From positions 1-64,000 of IMG/VR virus record IMGVR_UViG_3300032313_001394: a stretch of 64,000 nucleotides of DNA; one strand, written 5' to 3'. The position numbers and the translations under genes are program-made. Of this stretch, positions 30,153 to 39,836 are shown in pieces. Position 1 is the first letter of the stretch; each line of letters starts with the position of its first letter. The notes under the pieces were generated by a model. That model ran no database searches and had not been told where the DNA came from. It was given only the letters and a program-made list of their open reading frames with translations. This DNA comes from a virus.

Positions 30153-31328
30153 TTATAGCTCTTCATCATCTTCGCCTTCACCAGCCGTATCGACACCTGT
30201 TAAATCTACTTTTTCATCATCAGGTACATCCATACCAATTGATTTGTAATAAGCTTCGATATCGTCTTTAGACATTGGGGCGCCTTTTTTCTTAGGAGCA
30301 AATTCTTTTTTACTTAGTGGTTTTAATTGTTTTGAATTAATTAATTTAGTTACTATTTCACTATATTTTTCGGTTAGTCCTTCTGGTTTTTTACCCTCTA
30401 ATAATCCGTTTTCATTAGCATAATCTTTTAATGGTTCATCAATTCCTGCTTCTAAATATCCTTCTTTCCATTGGTATAATAATGCTGCAGCTAAGTCATC
30501 ATTAAGCATATTTGCCATTTTTTCTGCTGATGTTATTTCACCTTGTTTACCTTTTAATGATTTATTGATTTTAACGTCTGCTCTATTTTGTGAACCTTTA
30601 GTAAAATAATCAGCTCGTAAGAATTTATAGTCTAGTACTTTTTCAGCTAATGTATTTGATTGTTTAAATGATGCTTGTTTAGCAGCAAATGCTTCAGGAT
30701 CAGTAACAGCTTGTTGTTGTGCTTTTTCAAAGTCAGTTAAACGTTTATCTTTAGAACGTACGAATGGAGTCCAAGAAATAGCATTTAAATCACCTGGTTC
30801 CCATTTCTCACCTGTAGCAGGATTAATTAATTGAGTATATCGTCTATTGAATTCATCTGAATTAATTCCACCCCATAACCATCCTTTAACGTTTACTGTT
30901 GCTTTTAGAGCAGCTAATGCTTCAGGATCGTTTGCTAATTCTTGTTTTAATTTAGTAAATAATTCACCTACAGATGCATTTTCTTCTATTTTTAGAATAT
31001 CAACCATTTTGATTATGATTCTTTTAACATATTCTTTTTCTTTTTTAATACGTGGTAGGTATTCTTTTAAACGCTCATCAGCATCTGCTTTTAAAGCATA
31101 AGTAGCAGTAGTTGGAGCCGCCATTTCACGAACTGAATTAATAGATTCTAAATTAACTGTATCTCCTTTCTTTAATGCATCTTCTGCATCTTTTTTACCT
31201 TGAGTACTTAATTGATTATATTTTTTGTCTTTTTTCAAGTTATTAATAGATTCAGAATCTTTACCACCGTATACTTCTTCACGAACGATATTTTTAATTA
31301 CTTCTTTTAATTTAGTATATTTATCCAT
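30153..31328 (-). CDS. hypothetical protein (possible internal head protein)
   Basis: KLKEVIKNIVREE leader; acidic C-terminus. Confidence 0.65.
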   Translation of the reverse strand: MDKYTKLKEVIKNIVREEVYGGKDSESINNLKKDKKYNQLSTQGKKDAEDALKKGDTVNLESINSVREMAAPTTATYALKADADERLKEYLPRIKKEKEYVKRIIIKMVDILKIEENASVGELFTKLKQELANDPEALAALKATVNVKGWLWGGINSDEFNRRYTQLINPATGEKWEPGDLNAISWTPFVRSKDKRLTDFEKAQQQAVTDPEAFAAKQASFKQSNTLAEKVLDYKFLRADYFTKGSQNRADVKINKSLKGKQGEITSAEKMANMLNDDLAAALLYQWKEGYLEAGIDEPLKDYANENGLLEGKKPEGLTEKYSEIVTKLINSKQLKPLSKKEFAPKKKGAPMSKDDIEAYYKSIGMDVPDDEKVDLTGVDTAGEGEDDEEL

Positions 31329-31364
31329 TATTTTTTATCTAGAGACGTTCTGTTATAAATATTG

Positions 31365-31889
31365 TTATTTCTTTAATTCATTTAATATAATAGCAATTCT
31401 TTCCTCAGTACTACCTTTAATTTCAACTGTGCGTTTTGGTCTATATATGTTTAGAAACCATTTAATAGATTTATCTATCCTATCCCTATATTCAGGATCT
31501 GTTTCTCTAATACCATTATTTTCTATATCTACACCTTCGGGTGATACATAAAAAATAATATCGTATTGCTTAGCCAACAACATAGCTGCGTCAAATAATA
31601 TCTCCTTTTCATTAGACTTAATCGACCTAGCTTCTTTAGTAAACGCACATACATCATATACTGTTCTGTCAGTTAATAGATTATTATTAAATAATTCACT
31701 CGCACGCTCAGCAATGAAAACTAACTGACCTTTAACACTAGAGTCAGTATTTAACGGAATACCTAAATCACTTAAATATTTAGACCGTTCAACACAACCA
31801 GTATATTCTTTAAATTCATCTAATTCTAATAATGCTTTAACTAAAGTAGTTTTACCTACTGACATTGTACCTGCTAATCCTATTTTCAT
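31365..31889 (-). CDS. P-loop nucleotide kinase (NadR/AAA_28-like)
   Basis: GTMSVGKTT Walker A, DRTVYD, YDIIFY, ENNGIR. Confidence 0.8.
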   Translation of the reverse strand: MKIGLAGTMSVGKTTLVKALLELDEFKEYTGCVERSKYLSDLGIPLNTDSSVKGQLVFIAERASELFNNNLLTDRTVYDVCAFTKEARSIKSNEKEILFDAAMLLAKQYDIIFYVSPEGVDIENNGIRETDPEYRDRIDKSIKWFLNIYRPKRTVEIKGSTEERIAIILNELKK

Positions 31890-31890
31890 A

Positions 31891-32211
31891 TTATCCTCTT
31901 GCTAATCCTAATTTTAATGCTTTATTATGTGAAATTTCTTTACCTGTTTTTGGATTAATATATGTTCTATGAGCAACTGGTATCCAATGATTTTCTTTTT
32001 GAGTATAATCAATAATATGATTATATCCTTTAGGATAAAAAAAGTCTACTGATATAGGTCCATGTTGATTTTTATCTAAATCATACGTCCATACATCCTT
32101 CTTACCATCAGCATAATTAAATTCACGAGTATATTTACGTTGTTGAGACATACTTTCAGCTACTAATGTTTCGACCGATTTTGGTCTACCTCGTTTTGAT
32201 ATATTTTTCAT
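31891..32211 (-). CDS. hypothetical protein with AT-hook-like KRGRPK
   Basis: 106 aa; preceded by the class-2 upstream motif. Confidence 0.6.
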   Translation of the reverse strand: MKNISKRGRPKSVETLVAESMSQQRKYTREFNYADGKKDVWTYDLDKNQHGPISVDFFYPKGYNHIIDYTQKENHWIPVAHRTYINPKTGKEISHNKALKLGLARG

Positions 32212-32231
32212 AACCTGTTTGTTTTATATTC

Positions 32232-32268
32232 TAAGATAATCAAGAAAGGGCATATTTCTATGCCCTTC
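32232..32268 (-). terminator. terminator hairpin overlapping a class-2 promoter-like motif
   Basis: AAGGGCATA-GAAA-TATGCCCTT then TCTTGATTATCTTA on the minus strand. Confidence 0.7.
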
Positions 32269-32273
32269 TAATA

Positions 32274-32804
32274 TTATAATAAACCAGCTAGCTTATTCCA
32301 TCGAGATTCATTAATCGGTTCTTCTGAAGTTATTTCAGCAAGTTCTGATTCAGATATTGATGTTGCAGCATTATATAATTGAGTAATAAAATCAATTTCT
32401 TCAGGTGTAAAATCTGTTTCACCTTTAGCGAATTTTCTTAAAGCACCACCACCTAACATTTTAATTTCATCATTAGTTACTTTTGGACGACCTTTAATAC
32501 CAGGAGCATTAATTGTAGTTTTAACCATTTTAGGAGCAACTAATCCAGTATCAGCAATAATACCTGCTTGTTTTAAACCTTTAACTAATTGATTAACACT
32601 AGCAGTATCTGGACGACCATAAAGAGCCATTGCTACATCTTTCAAAGTAGCTGATCCATTATCTTTTAAAAATGCAATAATTTTTTGCATACGAGTTGAT
32701 GACCTAATATTTTCAGGTTGAGCAGCTAATGCAGCTTCATAATCATCAGCTAATTTTAATCCACTAGCTATACGTGCTAATTCTTCAATGTTATTGGTTT
32801 CCAT
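32274..32804 (-). CDS. putative winged-helix DNA-binding protein
   Basis: KIIAFLKDNGSATLKDVAMAL...SVNQLVKGLKQAGII pattern; KGRPK; C-terminal RWNKLAGLL. Confidence 0.55.
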   Translation of the reverse strand: METNNIEELARIASGLKLADDYEAALAAQPENIRSSTRMQKIIAFLKDNGSATLKDVAMALYGRPDTASVNQLVKGLKQAGIIADTGLVAPKMVKTTINAPGIKGRPKVTNDEIKMLGGGALRKFAKGETDFTPEEIDFITQLYNAATSISESELAEITSEEPINESRWNKLAGLL

Positions 32805-33027
32805 AGTATTTGTAATATTGTAAAAAGTCGTTTATAATTTCTTTTTGTTCATCGTTAGATGAATCTTTTAATTCATTTATTTTCTGTATAACTACTTCAG
32901 ATTCATTTAATGATAATAATGATTCTTCTAGTTTAGATAATACTTCTTCAATTGGAGACATTTCATGATCTCCAAATGCGTCTGCATCCTCTTTATACAT
33001 TATTATTAATTGGGATATTTTTTTCAT
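32791..33027 (-). CDS. hypothetical protein
   Basis: 78-aa acidic ORF overlapping both neighbours. Confidence 0.55.
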   Translation of the reverse strand: MKKISQLIIMYKEDADAFGDHEMSPIEEVLSKLEESLLSLNESEVVIQKINELKDSSNDEQKEIINDFLQYYKYYGNQ

Positions 33028-33491
33028 CGTCCAAATATTAAATTTACTAATTTGATGAATCCTTCTTTAATCATCTTACCCATCTTTTGAGCATAAAACT
33101 GTAATTGTTGTCCAATACGTTTACCTTCAACAGGTGAAGACCAATTTTTAATTTCAGGTACAATATATTTTCTATATTTTGCTCCTGCTAATATTACGAA
33201 TTCATCGTTTTCTAAATCGTAGCGTTTTCTTAAACGAATTAATACTTCTTCAGCCCATTCTTTTACCTCATCTGAAGGCATATTCAATAATGTTTTATCG
33301 TAAGGAGCAATAACTTGTTCTAAAGGTAAAACATAATGTTTAGCAGATAAAATTACTATATCATCCGGATCTAATGAGTTAGCATACTCTAATGAACCTT
33401 TAAATAAAGGAGAATTATACAATTTACCTGCAGGAGCTGGTTTAGGTAATTTTGTTGCTACGCAAGATAAAAGTACTATCTTTTTAGGCAT
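33024..33491 (-). CDS. DUF6884-like protein
   Basis: LLSC..TK....A..LY.SP.F, ILSAKH, PYD.TL, LAG.KY, IGQQL motifs. Confidence 0.7.
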   Translation of the reverse strand: MPKKIVLLSCVATKLPKPAPAGKLYNSPLFKGSLEYANSLDPDDIVILSAKHYVLPLEQVIAPYDKTLLNMPSDEVKEWAEEVLIRLRKRYDLENDEFVILAGAKYRKYIVPEIKNWSSPVEGKRIGQQLQFYAQKMGKMIKEGFIKLVNLIFGR

Positions 33492-33492
33492 A

Positions 33493-33699
33493 TTATGAGA
33501 AAGATTCAGCTCGTTGTCTTAATTCTTTAGCGTACTGTTCCATTGCTGTAGCTAAATTTATAAAATCGTATACATCATCAGTATAGGTTTCAGTAAAATC
33601 AGCTAATAAACCTAAATAATGTTTTACTGGTGGATGTTCATCCGCCATAGCTGATTTAATTTCTTCTTGAATTATAGCTTTTAATTCTTTTAGTTTCAT
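33493..33699 (-). CDS. small hypothetical protein
   Basis: MKLKELKAIIQEEI leader. Confidence 0.6.
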   Translation of the reverse strand: MKLKELKAIIQEEIKSAMADEHPPVKHYLGLLADFTETYTDDVYDFINLATAMEQYAKELRQRAESFS

Positions 33700-33730
33700 A
33701 GCATTATAAACAGTAGTATATTAATAAATA

Positions 33731-34780
33731 TTAAGATACTTTTATTTCTGTAATGATATTTTTACTAGTTGATTTATTAATAAATTGTCCTAATCCTTCA
33801 AACATTTGTTGTTTATATTCAGGATATTTAGTTAATATTTTAGTTAAAAAAGCAGGTGTACTATCATATACATAACTACTTTTTTCTTTAGATACAGATT
33901 GTAATAAATATCTAAAATTAGTATTATTATCTATTTTACGAAAATTAGGGAATAAATGTAATAATAATAAAACATATGGTTTAGCCGATATTGGATCCAT
34001 ATTAGATACAATTTCTTTAGCTAATTTAAGATTTGATTCATCATCACTACGCAACATATCAACTATATTAGCAAAAATATCAATATCCATTATCATATCT
34101 TCACTAATTGTTTGATTTAATTTCTCGTCAAATACGACATTAAAATCATATTTTCCGTAATTATTTACAATATCAACAAACAAATTATAATTTTCAAATG
34201 CTTTTTGATAACCCCATTCATTTAAAATTTCAATACCTTTAATAATATCAAATTGTTTAATTTGAGGTAATATTTTATTTACTTCAGGTTTGTTATTTGA
34301 ATAAGATAATAATGATTGTTTATCTAATAAAATATAAGAAATACTATCTGAATCATCTAAAAGATTATTTAATGAATGATCACGATGGTTATTATTAAGT
34401 AAAGGTTTAATATTTTTTTCATAAAACTCTTTAGGAATTTTATAGTATTCTTTTATAGTTTTATACGTACTTTCATTAAAATAATCAGTAATTAATTCAT
34501 TGCTTAAAACTACAGTATTAGAATCCTTTATATTTCTACTTTTTTTAATGTTTAAGTTATTATTCCAAATATATTCTTTTAATTTATATTGGGGTAATTT
34601 AGTTAATTTAGAAAAATGAATAGTTGAATTTGGAGTTAATACATTATCTTTATTAGATTCATATATTGATTTATACTTTGTTAATATAGATGGATCTAAT
34701 AAATACATTAAACAATCGTTTTTTTTCCAATTATTTAAATAAAAACTACCATGATATTTGAGTAAAACGTATTTTTCCAT
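33731..34780 (-). CDS. hypothetical protein co-transcribed with the AAA ATPase
   Basis: 349 aa, starts 2 nt after the ATPase stop. Confidence 0.7.
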   Translation of the reverse strand: MEKYVLLKYHGSFYLNNWKKNDCLMYLLDPSILTKYKSIYESNKDNVLTPNSTIHFSKLTKLPQYKLKEYIWNNNLNIKKSRNIKDSNTVVLSNELITDYFNESTYKTIKEYYKIPKEFYEKNIKPLLNNNHRDHSLNNLLDDSDSISYILLDKQSLLSYSNNKPEVNKILPQIKQFDIIKGIEILNEWGYQKAFENYNLFVDIVNNYGKYDFNVVFDEKLNQTISEDMIMDIDIFANIVDMLRSDDESNLKLAKEIVSNMDPISAKPYVLLLLHLFPNFRKIDNNTNFRYLLQSVSKEKSSYVYDSTPAFLTKILTKYPEYKQQMFEGLGQFINKSTSKNIITEIKVS

Positions 34781-34782
34781 GA

Positions 34783-35958
34783 CTATTTAGTTAAGAATTT
34801 TAATAAATCTTTGTTCAACATTAATAATTTAAATGCAGATGAATTACCATTATAGATTGATTTAATCATATTATATTTTAAGTCAACAGCAAATAATTCT
34901 TCATTCATTAAAAACGCTAAACGTTCAATAAATGATTTTTCAATTTTATTGTCTTTAGCATAATATAAACTAAAGTTAATAATACGAGTAGATATAATAG
35001 ATGCTAAATCGGCTCTATAATCTTTATCTTTACCAATAATACCTTTTAGTGTATTTAAAATATATTCATCCTTTTCATGAGTCATAATTGTTTCTGGTGA
35101 GATAATTTTATCTAATTTATTATTGATAAAAATAGTAAATAATGTAGTGAATTCTGAACCAACACTACCTTCACCAATCATTTGAATTAAAGATAAATTA
35201 TCATCAAATGAAGGTAATGAACTAATTGAATTAAAGAACGTAGTAATTGATCTTGAATTAGTTTCTGTTGAAATTAATTCGGGATGTTTTAATAAAAAGT
35301 TAATACATCTGTTATCGATTTGAGCATTTTCTGCCCATTCGCTCCAACAATTAATATCAAATTTTAAATTAACAGAAATAAAACGTGTTTTCTGAGCGTT
35401 ATCAATACTATTAACTAAATAATCACCATTATCTGGATTTGCAGTTAAGATAATATGCCAATCTTTAGGTAATGACCAACTAATATATTGTTGTCTATCG
35501 ATTAGTTCCATTACCGCTTGTATAAACCTAACATCAGCTCTATTCCAATCGTCTAGTAATAAAATACCTCCTGATGATGAATTTGAAATCCATTCAGGTG
35601 GACAATAACTCATTCGATTTGCACCTGTAAATTGATAACCTTGTTTAGTATATTCTTGAACTGCATGTTCATCAATCCATAAACAATCTCCCCCATCAAC
35701 ACAAACTTCAAATTGTCTAATTGGAAAACCAACTAAATCACCTAATTCTTCAATTTGGGCTAAATTTAGTTTAACGAATTTTAAATCTAATTCGTTAGCT
35801 AATTGAATAATTGTTGATGTTTTTCCGATACCAGAATCACCAATTACTTCAACAGCGACAGGCAACTTACCATTTTCTTGTAAGTAACGATTGTTTTGAA
35901 CAATGTGAGATAGGAATTGTTTGGCTTCCTTAACGTTTAATGATATTTGTTTTGACAT
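34783..35958 (-). CDS. AAA+ ATPase (MoxR/dynein-related)
   Basis: GDSGIGKT Walker A, ILLLDD.NRA Walker B, TANP sensor, D.AQKTRF Arg finger. Confidence 0.85.
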   Translation of the reverse strand: MSKQISLNVKEAKQFLSHIVQNNRYLQENGKLPVAVEVIGDSGIGKTSTIIQLANELDLKFVKLNLAQIEELGDLVGFPIRQFEVCVDGGDCLWIDEHAVQEYTKQGYQFTGANRMSYCPPEWISNSSSGGILLLDDWNRADVRFIQAVMELIDRQQYISWSLPKDWHIILTANPDNGDYLVNSIDNAQKTRFISVNLKFDINCWSEWAENAQIDNRCINFLLKHPELISTETNSRSITTFFNSISSLPSFDDNLSLIQMIGEGSVGSEFTTLFTIFINNKLDKIISPETIMTHEKDEYILNTLKGIIGKDKDYRADLASIISTRIINFSLYYAKDNKIEKSFIERLAFLMNEELFAVDLKYNMIKSIYNGNSSAFKLLMLNKDLLKFLTK

Positions 35959-35979
35959 AATAATGTTATTTTGTTACGT

Positions 35980-36000
35980 ATAAAGATAATCAGGAAAGGA
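35980..36000 (-). promoter_or_regulatory. class-2 upstream motif TCCTTTCCTGATTATCTTTAT
   Basis: Identical 21-mer at 37195-37215; variants at 32232-32250 and 38574-38592. Confidence 0.7.
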
Positions 36001-36003
36001 AAA

Positions 36004-37173
36004 TTATTTTTGGATTTTAATTGTATTAATCCAACCTCCTTCTTTAACTGTTTCTATTTTTTCTCCATTAGAGCATACTACAGTTAATAACGGTTTGAAA
36101 GTATTTACTGAACGTTCTGGAATGTAACCATCAGTTAATATAATTAAGTTACTATATTGTTTATGTTTATTTACATATTCAACAAATGGATTCATATCTG
36201 TACCACCACGACCTGAAACGAATTCAGGCATTTTACCTTTATACTCATAAACATTATGAATATTAGTATCACCTTCAGCAACTGATACTTGTACTCCTGT
36301 TTTATGAATATGATATATTTCATTAAAAAACTCTTGTAAATCATTTTTACTAACTGAACCTGATGTATCAACTCCAATTAATATATGTTTTTTAGTTTTA
36401 ATTTTTAGAGCCGGATTCTCCTCATATCGTTTATTTAATTTACGACGAGTTTTCTTAGTATATGTTTTAGTTGATGTAGATGAGAAACGACGTAAATATG
36501 CTTTCCAATCATATGATGGAGGTGTAATTTCAAATAATGAATCAATATAATCTTTTAATTCATTAGGTACTTTACCTATATTTTTTTGACTCTCGACTAT
36601 TTCTTTAATTTGATGATCGATTTGAGCTTTAACTAATTTTTTATCAGCTTCAGATAATTCATCAAATTCTTTCCAAGTACCATGATAATCACTATCCATA
36701 TCATTTAACATTCCATCTAATTCAGGACTAGTTCCTTGTTGATGAGCTTGTTGTAATAACTCATAGTACATTTTAGTACCTGCTTTTTCAGGTAATGTTA
36801 AAGTAGGAAATGAAGATAATAAAATTAAATCAGGAGATGGATAATAAATTGGATCGATATATTGATTAATTTCTAAGTCAGCAGCTATATTATGTAGTTG
36901 ATGATTAGGAAACGATTCACGATTAATTAAATGATGAAAACAAATATGGAGTAATTCATGTTTAATTAAACCGATTTTTTTATTTTCATTATCTAAACTA
37001 GTCCAAAATTCTTCATTAATAGCTAATTGATAATTAATATTGTTTTTAGAGACGCCCGCTGTCGGAACATCTCTACGAACAACCTTATTTAAACTTGATG
37101 CAAATATACCATAGAACGGTTCTTTCAGCATAAGTTTTTTTACAATGACACTTACGTCTTCTAAAGTATTCAT
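36004..37173 (-). CDS. HExxH metallopeptidase-like + VWA domain protein (DUF2201-type)
   Basis: HELLH, NIAADLEINQ, MIDAS DTSGS, GGTD, LTDG. Confidence 0.85.
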   Translation of the reverse strand: MNTLEDVSVIVKKLMLKEPFYGIFASSLNKVVRRDVPTAGVSKNNINYQLAINEEFWTSLDNENKKIGLIKHELLHICFHHLINRESFPNHQLHNIAADLEINQYIDPIYYPSPDLILLSSFPTLTLPEKAGTKMYYELLQQAHQQGTSPELDGMLNDMDSDYHGTWKEFDELSEADKKLVKAQIDHQIKEIVESQKNIGKVPNELKDYIDSLFEITPPSYDWKAYLRRFSSTSTKTYTKKTRRKLNKRYEENPALKIKTKKHILIGVDTSGSVSKNDLQEFFNEIYHIHKTGVQVSVAEGDTNIHNVYEYKGKMPEFVSGRGGTDMNPFVEYVNKHKQYSNLIILTDGYIPERSVNTFKPLLTVVCSNGEKIETVKEGGWINTIKIQK

Positions 37174-37194
37174 AATAATGTTTTTTAGTACAAG

Positions 37195-37215
37195 ATAAAG
37201 ATAATCAGGAAAGGA
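37195..37215 (-). promoter_or_regulatory. class-2 upstream motif TCCTTTCCTGATTATCTTTAT
   Basis: Identical to 35980-36000 and at the same 21-nt distance from the ATG; both leaders end AACATTATTATG. Confidence 0.7.
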
Positions 37216-37221
37216 GTATTA

Positions 37222-38553
37222 TTAGTACTCTACTCCTGTTATCTTTTCTAATAAACTTTGTCTAATAATAGACTCAGCAACATAAATACCATGTGCGCCA
37301 GATACTGTGATTCCCCTTGCAGATAACGCATCGCCTACAAAATGTACATTAGAGTAGTCGGTTAATGATAAATTATGATATCTCACCAATGGTTCTGGGG
37401 ATAGATATTTTACTTCAGGAATATACATTCCCCAATCATCACCTATTTCAGGAAATACTTTCTTCATATCTTGAATAAAATCCCAAATATATTTAAAATA
37501 TCCATCTAATGCGGGTTCAACTACATGAGATAATGTATCTAAACTGATTCGAGTAGCTGATACTGTGTTACCTTCTGATGTTGTTGATACTGTTCTAGAT
37601 GGTGAATAATATAATCCAGTTCCATGTTTTTGTAGTGTTTGTACTACATCTCTACTCCAAGCAAATGGATCTTCGATACCTTTAATTTCCATTAAGATAC
37701 CGAAGTTAGTCATATTGTTCCGGAATTCTTCCCCTTTTTTCGCATGACCATTGTAAGTAACATCACCATAAGTTTCTTCAACGGCCACATAAGCAGCGTT
37801 ATTATTAGTGCAGAAACTACGAAGAGATACACTATCAAATTTCTGATAAAGTTTGAAATCATAGCTGATATCGATTAATTTTTGGAAATATTTTTGTGGG
37901 GCTTCAAATCGAACACCAATTTGTACTGATTTAGGTTCATTAGGTAATTGATAATCGTCTGCTAATTTTTGAGCAAAATCAATACCTGATTTACCTACTG
38001 CAAATATTAATTCATCATATCCTATTACAAGATCTTGTTTATCAGCGTTTATTACTTGTACTTCAAAATCAATATGAGTAATTTCAGTATTCCAAATAAA
38101 TTCAACACCTTTATCAACTAAATATGAATACCACGCTTTAGCAATTTCATGCAAATAATTTGAACCAATATGCCATACTGGAAATAAACGTAATCCAAAA
38201 TATGGTTTAATGAAGTCAGGCTCAGTAATAGGATCAGACATAAATATTTCGTCTGGTTTAGGATGAAAACGAGTAAAGTTATCTACTACTTGCTTCATCA
38301 ATTCCATTGCCTTCTCTTCACCACAATATTTTGATAATTGTCCTCCAATTTCAGTATGATAAGTTAATTTACCATCTGACCATCCACCAGCACCTAACAT
38401 ACCTGTCATTACTTCTTCAGGTAAACGGTTATGTGGATCATTACCTTTATCAATGATTGTAATTAATTCACCCGGATATCCATTATCCACTAATTTAGTA
38501 GCTGCATTAATACATGCAACTCCAGCACCTACGATTATAATTTTTTTGTCCAT
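37222..38553 (-). CDS. FAD-dependent oxidoreductase/dehydrogenase
   Basis: IIIVGAG dinucleotide-binding start, GAGGWSDGKL, IGVRFE, RSFCTN, VGD...RGI; start moved to MDKKII (38553) because the track's extension runs through a terminator hairpin. Confidence 0.85.
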   Translation of the reverse strand: MDKKIIIVGAGVACINAATKLVDNGYPGELITIIDKGNDPHNRLPEEVMTGMLGAGGWSDGKLTYHTEIGGQLSKYCGEEKAMELMKQVVDNFTRFHPKPDEIFMSDPITEPDFIKPYFGLRLFPVWHIGSNYLHEIAKAWYSYLVDKGVEFIWNTEITHIDFEVQVINADKQDLVIGYDELIFAVGKSGIDFAQKLADDYQLPNEPKSVQIGVRFEAPQKYFQKLIDISYDFKLYQKFDSVSLRSFCTNNNAAYVAVEETYGDVTYNGHAKKGEEFRNNMTNFGILMEIKGIEDPFAWSRDVVQTLQKHGTGLYYSPSRTVSTTSEGNTVSATRISLDTLSHVVEPALDGYFKYIWDFIQDMKKVFPEIGDDWGMYIPEVKYLSPEPLVRYHNLSLTDYSNVHFVGDALSARGITVSGAHGIYVAESIIRQSLLEKITGVEY

Positions 38554-38573
38554 AATAAATTTTAAATTGCTTT

Positions 38574-38612
38574 TAAATATAATTAAGAAAGGCCCAATCG
38601 TAAGATTGGGCC
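38574..38612 (-). terminator. terminator hairpin overlapping a class-2 motif
   Basis: GGCCCAATC-TTAC-GATTGGGCC then TTTCTTAATTATATTTA on the minus strand. Confidence 0.75.
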
Positions 38613-38666
38613 ACAGATCCATTTTTTAATATTAAGTCGAACGGCTATGAATCGTTCTAAATGTTT

Positions 38667-39836
38667 TTAAAATTCGTATTCTTCGTCTATAGTTTCTGTT
38701 CCTTTAGGAGAAAACTGAGGTCTATTACCTTGTGTAATTCCAATAAAATCAAAATTCTTAACAAATTCTTCTCCAGTTACTAATTCGAATTTACTATCAC
38801 TTACCATTACTAATCCACCATCTAATTCTTCAATAAATGATTTTTTAATATCATTATCTATTTCATCACCACTTAAATTAAATATATTTCTACCTAATAA
38901 AGTTTTAATAACACCTCTAAATCGTTGAACTTCTTCATAATCAGCAGCAGCAGGAATTATTTTACCTGATATAGAAATATTTTGATTAATATCTGCTTTT
39001 TGTATTTTTTCTAAATCTTCAGGAGATATATCAAATGCTTTATTACCAACTGTAAACTCAGGTTTTAATTTATCTGAAGATGATATTTCAATAAATTTAG
39101 TTCTTAAATCAGATAAAAATGATTTTAATTGGGGTAATTGTTTTTTACCAAATGATGTCCAGTTTACCTGTTTATTGTTTTGATCACCTTTAACTTTCTT
39201 ACCGAATTCTTCCCACCGTCTAAACAAATCATCACCTAATAGTTCCTTATATTTTTCTTTATTTTCACCATCAAATATTTCATCCTTAAGAAGCCATAAT
39301 GTTGTCGTTAAAGCAGTAACAGGACTTCTAAATGTACCTCCAGCTCTAATAGGAAGTTTATCATTTGCTTCTTTTAATTCATATGATTTACCACCTACAC
39401 TAACATCACCTAATTCTCCTTTTTTAGCAATTTTTTGACCATCTGAAGATGCTATGATTAAGGTTACTTCACCTCTACCCATATCACCTTCTTTAATATC
39501 AAATGTTTTTTTAATAAGTTCTGAGTTGCTGTTTAGAAACGAGATAGTTTTTACAATATTGTTTGAGGCGTTACTAACTATCTTTTTCTTATCCTCGTCT
39601 GATAATACAGAAGAAATTTTAGTTTTTGTTTCTTCTCTTAAAGTAGTTTTAGATTTAAGTAAATCATCAAATGATGTTACAGATGAAGTTCCATCTGTAT
39701 TTTCTTCAGCTTCGTTAATTCCTATTTCAGATAAAATTTCACGCATTAATTTTTTATCTGATGGATCTGTTAAATCAGGATATCCTTTAGGAAAACGATA
39801 CGAGTATTGTTCTAAGAATTTAGTTATAACATTCAT
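38667..39836 (-). CDS. hypothetical protein with possible PD-(D/E)XK-like nuclease core
   Basis: GRGE...GDV.VGG..YELK pattern; N-terminal YRFPKGYPD segment ending in ILSE/INE. Confidence 0.5.
   Translation of the reverse strand: MNVITKFLEQYSYRFPKGYPDLTDPSDKKLMREILSEIGINEAEENTDGTSSVTSFDDLLKSKTTLREETKTKISSVLSDEDKKKIVSNASNNIVKTISFLNSNSELIKKTFDIKEGDMGRGEVTLIIASSDGQKIAKKGELGDVSVGGKSYELKEANDKLPIRAGGTFRSPVTALTTTLWLLKDEIFDGENKEKYKELLGDDLFRRWEEFGKKVKGDQNNKQVNWTSFGKKQLPQLKSFLSDLRTKFIEISSSDKLKPEFTVGNKAFDISPEDLEKIQKADINQNISISGKIIPAAADYEEVQRFRGVIKTLLGRNIFNLSGDEIDNDIKKSFIEELDGGLVMVSDSKFELVTGEEFVKNFDFIGITQGNRPQFSPKGTETIDEEYEF

Noticed and set aside
38554-38622. N-terminal extension of the FAD oxidoreductase in the ORF track
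   Set aside because: It runs through a terminator and promoter-like motif; the Rossmann motif begins right after Met at 38553.
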